A stretch of 24,000 nt of DNA from Lachnospiraceae bacterium XBB1006 (GTDB lineage: Bacteria; Bacillota; Clostridia; Lachnospirales; Lachnospiraceae). Shown in pieces: positions 1-8,170 of the stretch. Under the pieces are notes generated by a model. That model searched no databases. It was given only the letters and a program-made list of their open reading frames with translations, and had not been told where the DNA came from. The number at the start of each line of letters is the position of its first letter. Positions within the stretch are counted from its first letter, which is position 1. The position numbers and the translations under genes were made by a program. The DNA lies in contig FOXT01000006.1 in assembly GCA_900115795.1 (NCBI GenBank), forward strand, positions 179,423 through 203,422. Direction: 5' to 3'.

Positions 1-147
1 TTCTATAGAAGAAAGTTGGTGTGCATGAAGCCACCATATACGCAGAAGCGTAGTTGCAATGTCATGAAGGCACATATATCCCGATCATGGATTTATGCGC
101 TATTTTTTTGCGCAGAAGTATGAATGGACAAGAAAGAGGTAAGAAAA

Positions 148-1725
148 ATGCACAAAGCAATGAAGAAACTGACGGCGCTTTTGTTAACAGCTGCAATGGG
201 ACTTTCGGTAGCAGCATGTGGTGGAAAAGCAAGCGAAGAAAAAGCACAGACGAAACAGGAAACAAAAGAAACAAACAACACACTTGTATATGCCAGTGGT
301 GACTATACGCGCATCAATCCGGCTATGGATGAGCACGGAGAGATTAATGTGCTGCTTTTTAACGGGTTAACGGCACATAATGATAAGAATGAAGTAATCC
401 CATCCCTGGCAAAAGAATGGGAGTATGATAAAACGTCTTGTACTTATACCTTTCATTTAGAAGAAGGTGTAACCTGGCATGATGGGGAACCGTTTACCGC
501 AGAAGACGTTAAGTTCACCATCGAGGCAATTATGGATCCGGAGAATGGATCGGAGAATGCACCGAACTTCGAGGATGTAAAAGAGATTAAAGTAGTGGAT
601 GACAATACGATAGCATTTACACTGGAAGCACCAAATGTGGCATTCCTTGACTATATGACCATGGCTGTTTTACCAAAGCACTTGCTTGAAGGGGAAAACA
701 TGCAGGAATCCGACTTTTTTAGAAATCCGGTTGGAACCGGTCCATACAAGTTGGAGAAATGGGAAGATGGACAGGCCATTACCCTTGTAAAAAATGACAA
801 CTACTTCAAGGGTGCGCCCAATATTGATAAAATAGTTTTTAAGATTGTCGAAGATGACAATGCAAAAGCAATTCAGATGCAGTCCGGTGAGCTTGATTTA
901 GCGCAGCTTACCCCAAAGGATGCTCAGAATTTCAAGGATAAAGACGGATATACCTGCTACGATATGTTGACAAGCGATTATCGTGGAATTATGTACAATT
1001 TTGCAAATGAATATTGGCAGAAGAACAAAGATTTGATTCCGGCAATCAACTATGCAATTGATCGCCAGGCCATTATTGATGCGGTAATTCTGGGACAGGG
1101 AATGATTGCATATGGACCACTTCAGAGAAACATCTACAACAACGAGAATGTTGAGCAGTATTCCTATGACACCAGAAAAGCAGAGGAAGTATTGGTAAAA
1201 GCAGGATGTGAGAAAAAAGACGATGGATTCTACTATCGTGATGGAAAGAAAATTTCCTTTACCTGCAACTGTAAAGTGGGAGATCAGGTACGTGTAGATA
1301 TTGCCCAGGCAGCAAGTCAGCAGTTAGCAGCCGTGGGCATCGAGATGAAAGTAGAAGTTCCATCCAAAATCGATTGGGGCGGACAGGAAGCTTTTCTTAT
1401 CGGATGGGGAAGTCCGTTTGATGCGGATGACCATACTTACAAAGTATTTGGAACCAATAAAGGAGCAAACTACAACAGCTACTCAAATGAAAAGGTAGAC
1501 AAATATCTGCTGGAAGCGCGTCAGACAGAAGATACAGAGAAGCGTAAAGAAGCATATGGCAAATTCCAGGAAGAATTAGCAAAGGATCCGGCGTATACCT
1601 TTATCTGCTATATTGACGCAAATTATGTTGCAAAATCAAACATTTCCGGAATCAGTAAAGATACCGTTTTAGGACACCATGGTGTGGGAATTTTCTGGAA
1701 TGTTGCAGAATGGAAGATGAATTAA
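148..1725 (+). CDS. ABC transporter substrate-binding lipoprotein, family 5 (oligopeptide/dipeptide/nickel; Opp/Dpp/Gsi type)
   Basis: The maximal ORF is 124..1725 (533 aa). GAGG lies 8 nt upstream of the ATG at 148, so that is the likelier start. A signal peptide with lipobox (GLSVAAC-GG) is present. Length and overall pattern fit SBP_bac_5 proteins. It is the first gene of an operon with matching ATPase and permeases. Confidence 0.9.
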   Translation: MHKAMKKLTALLLTAAMGLSVAACGGKASEEKAQTKQETKETNNTLVYASGDYTRINPAMDEHGEINVLLFNGLTAHNDKNEVIPSLAKEWEYDKTSCTYTFHLEEGVTWHDGEPFTAEDVKFTIEAIMDPENGSENAPNFEDVKEIKVVDDNTIAFTLEAPNVAFLDYMTMAVLPKHLLEGENMQESDFFRNPVGTGPYKLEKWEDGQAITLVKNDNYFKGAPNIDKIVFKIVEDDNAKAIQMQSGELDLAQLTPKDAQNFKDKDGYTCYDMLTSDYRGIMYNFANEYWQKNKDLIPAINYAIDRQAIIDAVILGQGMIAYGPLQRNIYNNENVEQYSYDTRKAEEVLVKAGCEKKDDGFYYRDGKKISFTCNCKVGDQVRVDIAQAASQQLAAVGIEMKVEVPSKIDWGGQEAFLIGWGSPFDADDHTYKVFGTNKGANYNSYSNEKVDKYLLEARQTEDTEKRKEAYGKFQEELAKDPAYTFICYIDANYVAKSNISGISKDTVLGHHGVGIFWNVAEWKMN

Positions 1726-3560
1726 TGTTAAATGTAAACCATTTATCCGTAGAATTTAAAACAAAAAAAGGAACGGTACATGCCGTTCGCGATGTCTCTT
1801 TTTCGCTGAAAAAGGGAGAAGTACTTGCCATAGTCGGAGAGTCCGGCTGTGGCAAAAGTGCTTTATGTAAGGCAATTATGGGTGTGCTGCCGAAAAACGC
1901 AACGACAGAAGGCAGGGTAATGCTGCAGGATAGAAATCTGTTGACGGTAAAAGAAAAAGAGAGGCGAAGACTGCGTGGCAGCGTTTTTTCCATGATTTTC
2001 CAGGATCCGCTTACGGCATTAAACCCTACCATGACCATTGGAAGTCAGATTGCAGAAGCCATTTATATCCATCAGCCCAAAATGAGAAAAGAAGAAGTAA
2101 AAGAGCGGGTTTATGAGCTGCTGGAACTGGTAGGGATTGAGAATCCAAAGACCCGGGCGAAACAATATGCTTACGAGTTTTCCGGAGGAATGCGACAACG
2201 AAGTGTATTAGCCATAGCGCTCGCTAATGATCCGGCCATTTTGTTGGCGGATGAACCGACGACGGCGCTGGACGTTACGATTCAGGCACAGATTTTGACT
2301 TTATTAAGAGAAATACAGCAGAAGAAAAACATGGCAACCATGTTTGTGTCCCATGATTTGCGTGTAGTGAACCAGGTGGCAGACCGCGTAGCAGTTATGT
2401 ACGCGGGAAAAATTGTGGAAATAGGGACAAGAGAAGAGATTTTTAAAGACCCCAGGCATCCATACACTTGGGGATTACTTAAGTCGCTGCCGGAGTTTTC
2501 GCGTGGACAAAAGGAGCTGTTTACCATTCCGGGAATGCCCCCAAGTTTGTTGACACTACCTAAGGGGGATCCGTTTGCTGTGAGAAATGACTACGCCTTG
2601 GCGATTGATTACGAAAAGGAGCCACCGATGTTTGAAGTTTCCGCTACCCATCAGGCGGCTACCTGGCTATTGCATGAAAAAGCGCCTAAGGTAGCGTTTA
2701 CGACCCCGGCTGTGTTTGCAAGTGAGGCAGGTCCGGTGGAGGTTGCTAAGAGCACAGGCACGGAGATTATTCGGGTAAATCATTTGACGAAAGAATTCCG
2801 GATGCCGGGAAAACGTCGGTTTACGGCGGTGAGCGATGTGAGCTTTTCAGTAAAAGAAGGCGAAATTTTTGGCTTGGTGGGAGAATCCGGATCGGGAAAA
2901 TCCACGGTGGCCCGGTGTTTGATGGATGTGTACACGGATTATACAGGGGAAATTTTTTACGATGAAATTCCTGTGCATGACAAAGAGGCACGGAAAAAAT
3001 ATAAAAAGCGGTTACAGATGGAGCGGCAGATGATTTTTCAAGATTCTACCTCTAGTTTGAATCAACGAAAGAAAATTTCGTATTTGGTGACGGAGCCCTT
3101 TCGCATTCAACATCTCAAACCAAAGCGAGGGTCGTTGGAAAAAGAGGCTATTTTCCAGCTATCCTATGTAGGAATTGATGAACAAAGTATGCAAAAATAT
3201 CCGAGAGAATTGTCCGGAGGACAGCGGCAGCGTGTGGCCATTGCCAGGGCGGTGGCTACGGATCCGAAATTGTTAATCGCGGATGAGCCTGTTGCGGCAT
3301 TGGATGTATCCATACAGGCGCAAATTATAAACCTGTTTAAACATTTGCAGAAAGAACACGGATTTTCCATAATTTTTATAGCGCATGATTTGGCTATGGT
3401 AGAGTTCCTTTGTGACCGGGTGGGGGTTATGAAGAATGGAGAACTGGTAGAAGTGGGCGATACGGCAGAGATTTTTGCGAATCCAAAGCATGCTTACACA
3501 AAGGAGTTGTTAGCAGCTGTGCCCAAAATTTATAAGGAGGGTGCGCCATGCGAAAAATAA
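1710..3560 (+). CDS. ABC transporter ATP-binding protein with two fused nucleotide-binding domains (DppD/DppF fusion, GsiA-like architecture)
   Basis: One 616-aa polypeptide carries two full ABC modules. Walker A: GESGCGKS and GESGSGKS. Signatures: FSGGMRQR and LSGGQRQR. Walker B: [12 protein letters not shown] and [13 protein letters not shown]-loops: VSHDL and IAHDL. The start is ambiguous: ATG 1710, or ATG 1725 in a TAATG stop/start overlap with the SBP gene. Confidence 0.93.
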   Translation: MEDELMLNVNHLSVEFKTKKGTVHAVRDVSFSLKKGEVLAIVGESGCGKSALCKAIMGVLPKNATTEGRVMLQDRNLLTVKEKERRRLRGSVFSMIFQDPLTALNPTMTIGSQIAEAIYIHQPKMRKEEVKERVYELLELVGIENPKTRAKQYAYEFSGGMRQRSVLAIALANDPAILLADEPTTALDVTIQAQILTLLREIQQKKNMATMFVSHDLRVVNQVADRVAVMYAGKIVEIGTREEIFKDPRHPYTWGLLKSLPEFSRGQKELFTIPGMPPSLLTLPKGDPFAVRNDYALAIDYEKEPPMFEVSATHQAATWLLHEKAPKVAFTTPAVFASEAGPVEVAKSTGTEIIRVNHLTKEFRMPGKRRFTAVSDVSFSVKEGEIFGLVGESGSGKSTVARCLMDVYTDYTGEIFYDEIPVHDKEARKKYKKRLQMERQMIFQDSTSSLNQRKKISYLVTEPFRIQHLKPKRGSLEKEAIFQLSYVGIDEQSMQKYPRELSGGQRQRVAIARAVATDPKLLIADEPVAALDVSIQAQIINLFKHLQKEHGFSIIFIAHDLAMVEFLCDRVGVMKNGELVEVGDTAEIFANPKHAYTKELLAAVPKIYKEGAPCEK

Positions 3561-4522
3561 TTGGACGAATACTCGTATTCTTTGTAAGCGTTCTGCTGTT
3601 AAGCTTTCTGGTATTTGCCATTTCCAGATTGGCCCCGGGAGACCCGCTTTTGTCCTATTATGGAGACCGGGTGGAGAAGATGACTCCGGCAGAGCGGGCT
3701 TGGGCAGAGAAAAAACTGGGGCTTGATGAACCGATTTTGACACAGTATGGAAACTGGATGCAGAATGCGGCGAAGGGCAATTTTGGTATATCCTATAAAT
3801 ATAAACAGGATGTAATAGAAGTGGTTTTGGAAAGACTTCCCTATACGTTGGTGTTGGGAGGAATTGGATTTGTGCTGACCTTTGGGTTGGCATTGCTAAT
3901 TGGTATGGTATGTGCGCTTCATGAGGAACGTTGGATAGATCGTATCATTTGCAAGGTTGGTACAGTAACAAGCTGCATACCGGAATTTTGGATTTCTTTA
4001 ATGCTGATTTTAATATTTTCAGTAGAACTGCAGGTGCTTCCGAGTAGTGGAGCCCACAGCCTTACAGAAGATTCATTTATTGATCGGGTGTGGCATTTGG
4101 TTTTGCCGATGACCGTGGTGGTATTGGGGCATCTTTGGTACTATGCCTATATGATACGAAATAAGATTTTGGAAGAGATACGGGCGGATTATGTGCTTTT
4201 GGCCAAGGCAAAGGGCTTGTCCAGAAGACAGATTCTGTATCGACATTGTTTGCGGAATCTGTTGCCGAGTTACTTTAGTTTGATGGCGATTTCCATTCCA
4301 CATATTCTGGGTGGAACCTACATTGTGGAAACGGTATTTTCTTTTCCGGGAATCGGAAAACTGGCCTACGAATCGGCGCGGTTTAAGGATTATAATCTGT
4401 TGATGGTGTTGTGTATTTTATCCGGAATTACGGTAATTCTGGGGAATATGATTGCGCAGGCCATTAACGAGCGGATAGACCCGCGTATCCGGGCAGAGGA
4501 GGTGTTCCATGATGAACGATAA
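3548..4522 (+). CDS. ABC transporter permease (DppB/OppB-like)
   Basis: 324 aa and polytopic. It has an N-terminal TM helix followed by a long loop and the characteristic cytoplasmic loop AKAKGLSRRQILYRHCLRNLLP. The RBS AAGGAGG precedes the start, which overlaps the ATPase stop by 13 nt. Confidence 0.9.
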   Translation: MRKIIGRILVFFVSVLLLSFLVFAISRLAPGDPLLSYYGDRVEKMTPAERAWAEKKLGLDEPILTQYGNWMQNAAKGNFGISYKYKQDVIEVVLERLPYTLVLGGIGFVLTFGLALLIGMVCALHEERWIDRIICKVGTVTSCIPEFWISLMLILIFSVELQVLPSSGAHSLTEDSFIDRVWHLVLPMTVVVLGHLWYYAYMIRNKILEEIRADYVLLAKAKGLSRRQILYRHCLRNLLPSYFSLMAISIPHILGGTYIVETVFSFPGIGKLAYESARFKDYNLLMVLCILSGITVILGNMIAQAINERIDPRIRAEEVFHDER

Positions 4523-5396
4523 ATTTGTGGTTGTGGGACGATTGGAGCGTCCGGAACAAACGGTGACAAAGAATGTGCCGTGGTATAAAGAACATCCTGT
4601 AGTGGCAGAAATGATGTTAGTCATTTTGTTTTCCGGATGTTTTTTAGGAATTCCGTTTTTGCCAAAAGACCCAACCTTTATGGATATCCTGAAATACGGC
4701 ATTGCACCGGGAAAAGAATTTTTCTTTGGAACGGATACCATGGGGCGAGATATTTTTTCTATGATATGGTATGGGGGAAGAGTTTCCCTCTCAATCGGAA
4801 TCCTTGCAACCCTGATTTCTACGGCGATTGCCATTGTAGTGGGGGCCGTAAGTGGATTAGCCGGAGAGAAGGCAGACACACTGATTATGCGACTTACAGA
4901 GATATTATTAGCGATTCCGAATCTGCTGATGGTTATCTTTTTACAGGCGATTCTTGGTACGCCAAATCCAATCACCATTTCCGTGGTGATTGGTGTGACC
5001 AGCTGGATGAGTATAGCGAAAGTTGTACGTACCGAGGTGCGGCAGTTGCGCAACAGTGAGTATATTCTGGCGGCGCGGATGATGGGTGGCAATTTCTTTT
5101 ATGTTTTATGGCACCATTTGACACCAAATTTCATTTCTTCCATCATGTTTATGGTGGTCATGCAGGTGCGAAGTGCCATTGTGGCGGAGTCCACCCTAAG
5201 CTTTATGGGAATTGGTCTGCCACTTGAAATCATTTCCTGGGGAAGCATGTTATCCCTTTCGGAAAAAGCACTGTTATCCGGCAATTGGTGGATTATCGTG
5301 TTCCCGGGTGTATTTTTGGTGGGAACACTTTTGTGCATAACGGAAGTGGGAAACTATATCCGTAAGCGGGTGAGTGCTGGCGATAGTATGTTATAG
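4509..5396 (+). CDS. ABC transporter permease (DppC/OppC-like)
   Basis: 295 aa and polytopic, with the loop AARMMGGNFFYVLWHHLTPNF. The RBS GAGGAGG precedes the start, which overlaps the previous permease gene by 14 nt. Confidence 0.9.
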   Translation: MMNDKFVVVGRLERPEQTVTKNVPWYKEHPVVAEMMLVILFSGCFLGIPFLPKDPTFMDILKYGIAPGKEFFFGTDTMGRDIFSMIWYGGRVSLSIGILATLISTAIAIVVGAVSGLAGEKADTLIMRLTEILLAIPNLLMVIFLQAILGTPNPITISVVIGVTSWMSIAKVVRTEVRQLRNSEYILAARMMGGNFFYVLWHHLTPNFISSIMFMVVMQVRSAIVAESTLSFMGIGLPLEIISWGSMLSLSEKALLSGNWWIIVFPGVFLVGTLLCITEVGNYIRKRVSAGDSML

Positions 5397-5406
5397 AAAA
5401 TAGTAT

Positions 5407-5446
5407 AAAACGGAGCTGCCACATTGTGACAGCTCCGCTCGTTTTT
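5407..5446. terminator. bidirectional rho-independent terminator between the convergent permease and proC genes
   Basis: Stem CGGAGCTG (5411-5418) pairs with CAGCTCCG (5430-5437). An A-run lies upstream and a T-run (GTTTTT) downstream. Confidence 0.7.
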
Positions 5447-5451
5447 ACAGA

Positions 5452-6246
5452 TTACATTCTTCCGGAAAGATCTTCCACAACTTTCATTGCTTCAAAAACT
5501 GCACTACGAAGTCCACGTTCTTCTAAAACCCGAACGGCTTCAATGGTAGTTCCGGCAGGAGAGCAAACCATATCCTTCAGCTCGCCCGGATGCTTGCCGG
5601 TGTCAAGCACCATTTTGGCACTACCTAAAACAGCTTGTGCTGCAAACTTGTAAGCCTGTGGTCTTGCCATTCCGCCACTTACAGCTGCATCCGCCATGGC
5701 TTCGATAAACATGTATACGTAAGCCGGGGAACTTCCGCTGACAGCGGTAACGGCATCCATCAATTTTTCCGGTACAATTTCTACTTCACCAAAGCTCTTT
5801 AACAGCTCTATAACCGTGTTCTTTTCCTCTTCTGTGATGTGTTCGTTCGGGCAAGCAGCCGTCATACCGGCGCCAACCATGGCAGGGGTATTTGGCATCA
5901 GACGAACAATTTTCACTTTCTTCCCAAACTGATCAGCCAACCAGGAAAGGGTTTTGCCCGGTGCGATGGTAATCACAATTTGCTCATCGCGAATTTCACC
6001 TGCAATCTGCGCAATGACATCTTGATAATACTGTGGTTTCACAGATAAAAATACAATGTCGGTATTCGCTACAACTTCCAGATTATCATCTGTAGTGTGG
6101 ATACCGAACTGCTTTTCCACTTTTTCACGGCTTGGTGCGAACACATCTGCACCATAGACTTCCTCCGGTTTTGCCAGACCATGGGATAAAATACCGCCCA
6201 TAATTGCACTGGCCATGTTTCCGGTTCCGATAAATCCAATTCTCAT
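5452..6246 (-). CDS. proC: pyrroline-5-carboxylate reductase
   Basis: 264 aa. The N-terminal Rossmann motif is MRIGFIGTGNMA. The C-terminal dimerisation region contains the conserved SPAGTT (MVCSPAGTTIEAV). RBS GGAGG is present. Confidence 0.93.
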   Translation of the reverse strand: MRIGFIGTGNMASAIMGGILSHGLAKPEEVYGADVFAPSREKVEKQFGIHTTDDNLEVVANTDIVFLSVKPQYYQDVIAQIAGEIRDEQIVITIAPGKTLSWLADQFGKKVKIVRLMPNTPAMVGAGMTAACPNEHITEEEKNTVIELLKSFGEVEIVPEKLMDAVTAVSGSSPAYVYMFIEAMADAAVSGGMARPQAYKFAAQAVLGSAKMVLDTGKHPGELKDMVCSPAGTTIEAVRVLEERGLRSAVFEAMKVVEDLSGRM

Positions 6247-6278
6247 ACATCATACCTCCGATTCACCCATCTGTTTCT

Positions 6279-6307
6279 ATTATACTCTTTGTAAAAGTCG
6301 GAGTAAA
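6279..6307 (-). promoter_or_regulatory. candidate sigma-A promoter of proC
   Basis: On the minus strand, TTTACT (6307-6302) is followed by a 17-nt spacer and TATAAT (6284-6279), about 30 nt upstream of the proC start. Confidence 0.55.
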
Positions 6308-6591
6308 GAACCTAGGGTGTTGATATTATTTTATCTCGGCTTCATATTTCCGGATGGCCTGACGGATAATATATAAAACTTCGCCGTTTATCGAACGGCC
6401 ATTAAAGGAGATGAATTAGTATGATTAAGCAAAATGAAGCACCTGAAAACCAGATATTTCCAATAATATGGAGGCGGTATATGTTAGTATAGTGCGCATT
6501 GTAAAAGTTAATTTTGAAATATAAAAATACAGAGGGTCGGCAAGATTACTTGCTTTAGAGTGAAGTTTTATAGGAAAAGTGCCGGAAATGG

Positions 6592-6625
6592 TTGACAATA
6601 GTGGAAATTACACCTATGCTATAAG
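6592..6625 (+). promoter_or_regulatory. orphan sigma-A-like promoter with no downstream ORF
   Basis: TTGACA (6592-6597) is followed by a 17-nt spacer and TATGCT (6615-6620). An overlapping TGcTATAAG extended -10 is also present. No ORF of 60 aa or more follows before the terminator at 7176-7218. Confidence 0.5.
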
Positions 6626-6776
6626 TTGATTCTCAACGGAGGGTGTGATATTTTAATAACCGCTGAGCGCCGCACCGCATAATAAGCGGGGTTGAGGCAG
6701 TTTTTACGGATTAAATAATGATTTAATCTGTCATTTTGGGTTATGCGCCGCAAAGTGGGTCTGGGTTCGAAAAGGA

Positions 6777-7128
6777 TTACGTGTCATATACTATTTTTTC
6801 ATTTTTACCCGTAGGCTTCGGTTATGTTTTTCCGAATTTGTACGGGTAAATTCTGCAAAATTACAATTTACCCGTAGGCTTCGGTTATGCTTTTCCGAAT
6901 TTGTACGGGTAAATTCTGCAAAATTACAATTTACCCGTAGGCTGCGGGTGTGCTTTTTCAAATTCCTACGGGTGGATTCTTATAAGCGCATATCCACCCG
7001 TAGATTTTCCATAATTCATAGCAAATGGCTACGTGTAAAGAACGTGATTTCGTCGCAATACCCGTAAAGTTTTTCGTTTCACAAACTTCTGTTACGGGCG
7101 ATTTCTTCATTGGTGGAATCCACCCGTA
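6777..7128 (+). repeat. multi-hairpin tandem element, copy 1 (five complete inverted-repeat units plus terminal half-arms, ~63-bp period)
   Basis: The left-arm core ACCCGTA starts at 6807, 6870, 6933, 6996, 7060 and 7122, giving periods of 63, 63, 63, 64 and 62. Each left arm is matched 16-29 nt downstream by TACGGGT or TACGTGT. Units 1 and 2 (6804-6850 and 6867-6913) differ at a single base. Confidence 0.9.
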
Positions 7129-7175
7129 TTTTCTTATTAGAGTAGAGAAACAACTGGATATTTTATCTACAGTTT

Positions 7176-7218
7176 AAAACGGCATCACCAGTTTTGCGGG
7201 CTGGAGATGCCGTTTTTT
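7176..7218. terminator. rho-independent terminator (bidirectional shape)
   Basis: AACGGCATCACCAG (7178-7191) pairs with CTGGAGATGCCGTT (7201-7214) with one mismatch and a 9-nt loop. Six T residues follow, and AAAA precedes. Confidence 0.75.
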
Positions 7219-7309
7219 GTGCGCTTTTCGGCGTACAAGATTACAAATAAGCGTGGATTGTAGATGCCTAGCGGTGTAGCAATAAATGGTATATACAATG
7301 ATGTGACGA

Positions 7310-7480
7310 TTAATTATTATTACTTGTAGATTCCATGTTTTCTAATGCGTATTCACAGGCTTGTAAGACGAAGCTTGAAAAAGTAACATTCTGATTTTCT
7401 AACACTTTCTCGATTCTGTCAATGAGTGACAGGGGAAAGCGAAAATGAAAATAGGCATGCCTGCGCCGGCTGTGTGACTT
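7310..7480 (-). pseudogene. ribbon-helix-helix (CopG/antitoxin-like) gene remnant lacking a start codon
   Basis: The minus-strand frame reads ...HFRFPLSLIDRIEKVLENQNVTFSSFVLQACEYALENMESTSNNN* with the stop at 7312-7310. This is a beta-strand plus two helices, the RHH pattern. There is no ATG, GTG or TTG between the upstream in-frame stop and the RHH strand. The 5' end runs into the palindromic element at 7445-7579. Confidence 0.35.
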
Positions 7481-7579
7481 TTAGGCAACGTCGGTACTTA
7501 GCACCTATGGTGCTTAGTACCGTTACGTTGGCGCTGAGCGAAAGCGCTCACACAGTGGCGCAGGTACGCCTATTCATTT
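7445..7579. repeat. MITE-like long imperfect palindrome with two internal hairpins (three-stem element)
   Basis: The outer arms are AATAGGCATGCCTGCGCCGGCTGTGTGA (7450-7477) and TCACACAGTGGCGCAGGTACGCCTATT (7548-7574). The inner hairpins lie at 7487-7529 and 7535-7550 (TGAGCG-AAAG-CGCTCA). The right arm abuts and overlaps the TGA stop of the TetR gene. Confidence 0.6.
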
Positions 7580-8155
7580 TTTTATCCGAAAATGCTCCAT
7601 CATAATCGGCATAAATTTTTTACTAAATCCGGACAAGGAATAGGCTCCCTTATTCAGGCACCATTCCGTTACCATAGAACGTTCGCACATTGCATAGTAA
7701 TTGGCGATCTCGTGCGCCGGCATGGTGTCAAGGATTTCGCCCCGTCGTTGTCCGTCGGATATAATGCGGGTGAGCAGGGTGTAGTAGGTTCTGGTATAAT
7801 CCAGAAGATGGCGCCGACCCGCAGCCACCAATTGCGTAGAATACATGGAGGCCAGAATATCAATGTTGATTTTGTCCTCCACAAGCTTATGTGCTTCGAA
7901 GTTTAAGTACATCAGTTTATCAAAACAATTCATATTCGGATTCATAGTGGCATCCAGTTCTTCATAGAATTCATCAAACACTTCCGAAAGAGAATTCAAT
8001 AATTCATCCTTGGTACGAAAGTAGTAGTAAAAGGAACCTTTTGAGGTTCCGGATTGTTCGATGATTTCATCAACGGTTGTTTCCGAATAGCCTTTTTCAT
8101 AGAATAAACGCCATGCAGTGGAAACAATTTTGCTCTTTACAGTTTTTTCCTTCAT
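7574..8155 (-). CDS. TetR/AcrR family transcriptional regulator
   Basis: The N-terminal HTH is IVSTAWRLFYEKGYSETTVDEIIEQSGTSKGSFYYYFRTKDELL. The ORF reaches 8161, but AGGAG spacing favours the ATG at 8155. The gene starts about 10-15 nt after the GRE stop, so it is probably co-transcribed. Confidence 0.9.
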   Translation of the reverse strand: MKEKTVKSKIVSTAWRLFYEKGYSETTVDEIIEQSGTSKGSFYYYFRTKDELLNSLSEVFDEFYEELDATMNPNMNCFDKLMYLNFEAHKLVEDKINIDILASMYSTQLVAAGRRHLLDYTRTYYTLLTRIISDGQRRGEILDTMPAHEIANYYAMCERSMVTEWCLNKGAYSLSGFSKKFMPIMMEHFRIKK

Positions 8156-8170
8156 ATCCATAACTCCTAT

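Noticed and set aside
4418-5092. A 224-aa minus-strand ORF. Other long antisense or overlapping ORFs were noticed too: 1652-2038 (-), 3510-3893 (-), 14109-14555 (-) and 20822-21271 (-).
   Set aside because: All lie fully inside well-supported genes on the opposite strand. They have low-complexity Ser/Arg/Ile-rich or Cys-rich composition and no RBS. These are typical shadow ORFs.
6326-6406. A protein-like C-terminal fragment on the minus strand (...NGRSINGEVLYIIRQAIRKYEAEIK*).
   Set aside because: It is only about 27 codons between stops with no start codon. It could be a gene remnant, but the evidence is too thin to annotate.
6421-6492. A 23-aa small ORF (MIKQNEAPENQIFPIIWRRYMLV) with AAAGGAG 10 nt upstream.
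   Set aside because: It is too short to support from sequence alone and cannot be tested for conservation here. It lies upstream of the orphan promoter.
6735-6780. A tRNA or tRNA remnant suggested by GGGTTCGAAAAGG (T-loop-like GGTTCGAA).
   Set aside because: The flanking bases cannot form a T-stem (CTGGG versus AGGAT). I could not build an acceptor stem or anticodon arm.
6804-7128. A CRISPR array. The segment TACGGGTAAATTCTGCAAAATTACAATTTACCCGTA could be read as a 36-bp repeat with 27-bp spacers.
   Set aside because: The would-be spacers are homologous to each other (GGCTT..GTT.TGCTTTTTC...). The repeats degenerate after two copies. The same array recurs colinearly at 22278-22622. There are no cas genes.
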